This document shows, piece after piece, positions 37,106 to 38,235 of a stretch of DNA of 38,235 bases. The first letter of the stretch is position 1, and every line of letters starts with the position of its first letter. The stretch comes from Vulcanimicrobiota bacterium (GTDB lineage Bacteria; Vulcanimicrobiota; Vulcanimicrobiia; Vulcanimicrobiales; Vulcanimicrobiaceae): NCBI GenBank assembly GCA_013043945.1, contig JABEUW010000007.1, forward strand, positions 1 to 38,235, in the 5' to 3' direction. The notes beneath the pieces are model-generated. The model saw only the letters and a program-made list of their open reading frames with translations, did not search any database and was not told where the DNA came from. Made by a program: the position numbers and the translations under genes.

Positions 37106-37696
37106 CTACGAAAGAAGCTTCTGTAGGTCGGCGATTGAAATCACGTCGGCTTGGCGCGGAAAGACCTTCTCGAGTAATAGCGCGTGAACGTCCGGGGCGG
37201 GGTCGGCGCAGGCGTCGGCGAGGACGAAGAGCCGGAAATCGCGGTCGGCCGCATCGCGGATCGTCGAAAGCACGACGCCGCTGGTGCTGATTCCCGAGAG
37301 AATCAACGTGTCGATACCGCGGCTGCGGAGTTGCTCGGCTAAATCCGTGGTTGAAAATGCGCCGACGCGCGTTTTCCGCACGACGATGTCGCCGCTTTGC
37401 GGCGCGAGACGCTCGTCGATCGCCGTCGCCGGCGCATCGGCGTGGAAGGCACGCCCGGCGCTCTTCGCAGCCGCGAAACTCTTATTACGCTCGGGGATCG
37501 CGGCGTACTCGCTCTCGGTGAAACCGACGCGCACGTAACCGACGTGTCCGCCGCACGCGCGCATGCTGCGAATCGCCAGTGCGGCTTTCGCTATTAGCGC
37601 GTCTGCGTGTTCGAGCATCCCAACGATGCCCGCTTGAAAATCCATGACGAGCAGCGCCGTTCGCTTCGCATCGATCCGCTGGGTGGTCTTCGACAT
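37106..37696 (-). CDS. Isochorismatase-family cysteine hydrolase
   Basis: 196 aa. Motifs are ALLVMDFQ (Asp), VRKTRVGAF (Lys) and LILSGISTSGVVLST (nucleophile-region pattern). It starts 2 nt downstream of the MFS stop. Confidence 0.88.
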   Translation of the reverse strand: MSKTTQRIDAKRTALLVMDFQAGIVGMLEHADALIAKAALAIRSMRACGGHVGYVRVGFTESEYAAIPERNKSFAAAKSAGRAFHADAPATAIDERLAPQSGDIVVRKTRVGAFSTTDLAEQLRSRGIDTLILSGISTSGVVLSTIRDAADRDFRLFVLADACADPAPDVHALLLEKVFPRQADVISIADLQKLLS

Positions 37697-37698
37697 GT

Positions 37699-38235
37699 TT
37701 ATACTCCTTCTGTAGAGGGTGGTGAACTCGGTTCGCTTTCTCGACGGCTGCCGCGCAGAAACGATGCAACGGCACCGAAGAGCGAGAGCGTGGTCGCAAG
37801 CGCGAAGACGACCACGAGCCCTTGGTGGAACGCACCGGCGATGAGGTGCGGGAAAAAACTCGTCCCCGTGAGTGTTTTTCGCTGAACTGCGGAGAGCTGC
37901 GAGAGCGCGCCGGTTGGCGCGAGGAGGCGCTGGAGCGGATTCGTACCGAGAAAGGCCGCGAAGAGTGAGGAGACCGGCGGAAGCGCCGCGATATGCGCCG
38001 CTACGTTCGTCGGGACGCCCTGCTTCGCGAGCCCGGCGACCATTGCCGCGGGAAGCTTCTTGGCGAGCACGACGATCATAAGCGAAAAGAAGATGCCAAT
38101 CGAGAGCAGGTTGCCCGAGTTCTGAAAGGTCGCCCGCATTCCCGAAGCAACGCCGCGCTGCGCGGCCGGAACGCTACTCATGATCGCCGAGGTATTCGGC
38201 GCGGCAAACATTCCCGAACCGATTCCCGTTCCCGC
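37699..38235 (-). CDS. MFS transporter, C-terminal part (DHA2/EmrB-like); 5' end beyond the window
   Basis: The frame stays open upstream of the listed Met to the window edge (AGTGIGSGMFAAPNTSAIMSSVPAAQRGVASGMRATFQNSG...), which is a typical DHA2 C-terminal region. Confidence 0.85.
   Translation of the reverse strand, partial: AGTGIGSGMFAAPNTSAIMSSVPAAQRGVASGMRATFQNSGNLLSIGIFFSLMIVVLAKKLPAAMVAGLAKQGVPTNVAAHIAALPPVSSLFAAFLGTNPLQRLLAPTGALSQLSAVQRKTLTGTSFFPHLIAGAFHQGLVVVFALATTLSLFGAVASFLRGSRRESEPSSPPSTEGV

Overview
High-GC bacterial chromosomal window, densely coding with about 30 genes. I found no rRNA, tRNA, CRISPR array, transposase or integrase. From left to right on the first 8 kb: a partial ORF missing from the supplied track, an SDR oxidoreductase, and an isolated flagellin whose centre is two tandem lectin-like modules. 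Then a TPP riboswitch with thiC and an overlapping GmhB-type HAD phosphatase, a lytic transglycosylase, and a probable variant fluoride riboswitch with DUF190 and crcB. A same-strand block runs from 8.0 to 30.2 kb. It holds a photoactive-yellow-protein homolog, two tandem ~1000-aa secreted BNR/Asp-box propeller proteins, and DUF302. Next is an ArsR-type regulator heading a translationally coupled six-gene group-4 [NiFe]-hydrogenase-like operon (HyfB/C/E/F, large subunit, small subunit) with no ferredoxin or donor module. The block ends with a SWIM-SNF2 helicase, a GH18 lipoprotein, a third BNR paralog and a GH114 lipoprotein. The right end carries an orphan ORF, a fourth more diverged BNR paralog, a POT peptide transporter, a PT-linker lipoprotein with a T8 tract, a DUF4239-like membrane protein, an isochorismatase-family hydrolase and a partial MFS transporter. 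The items most worth follow-up are the minimal ArsR-linked hydrogenase-like complex with atypical Ni-site flanking residues, the flagellin with tandem CBM/DUF642-like inserts, the stand-alone PYP, and the four-fold BNR expansion interleaved with GH18/GH114. I saw no recognisable defence system or mobile element. All family assignments come from motif recognition by eye, not database searches.
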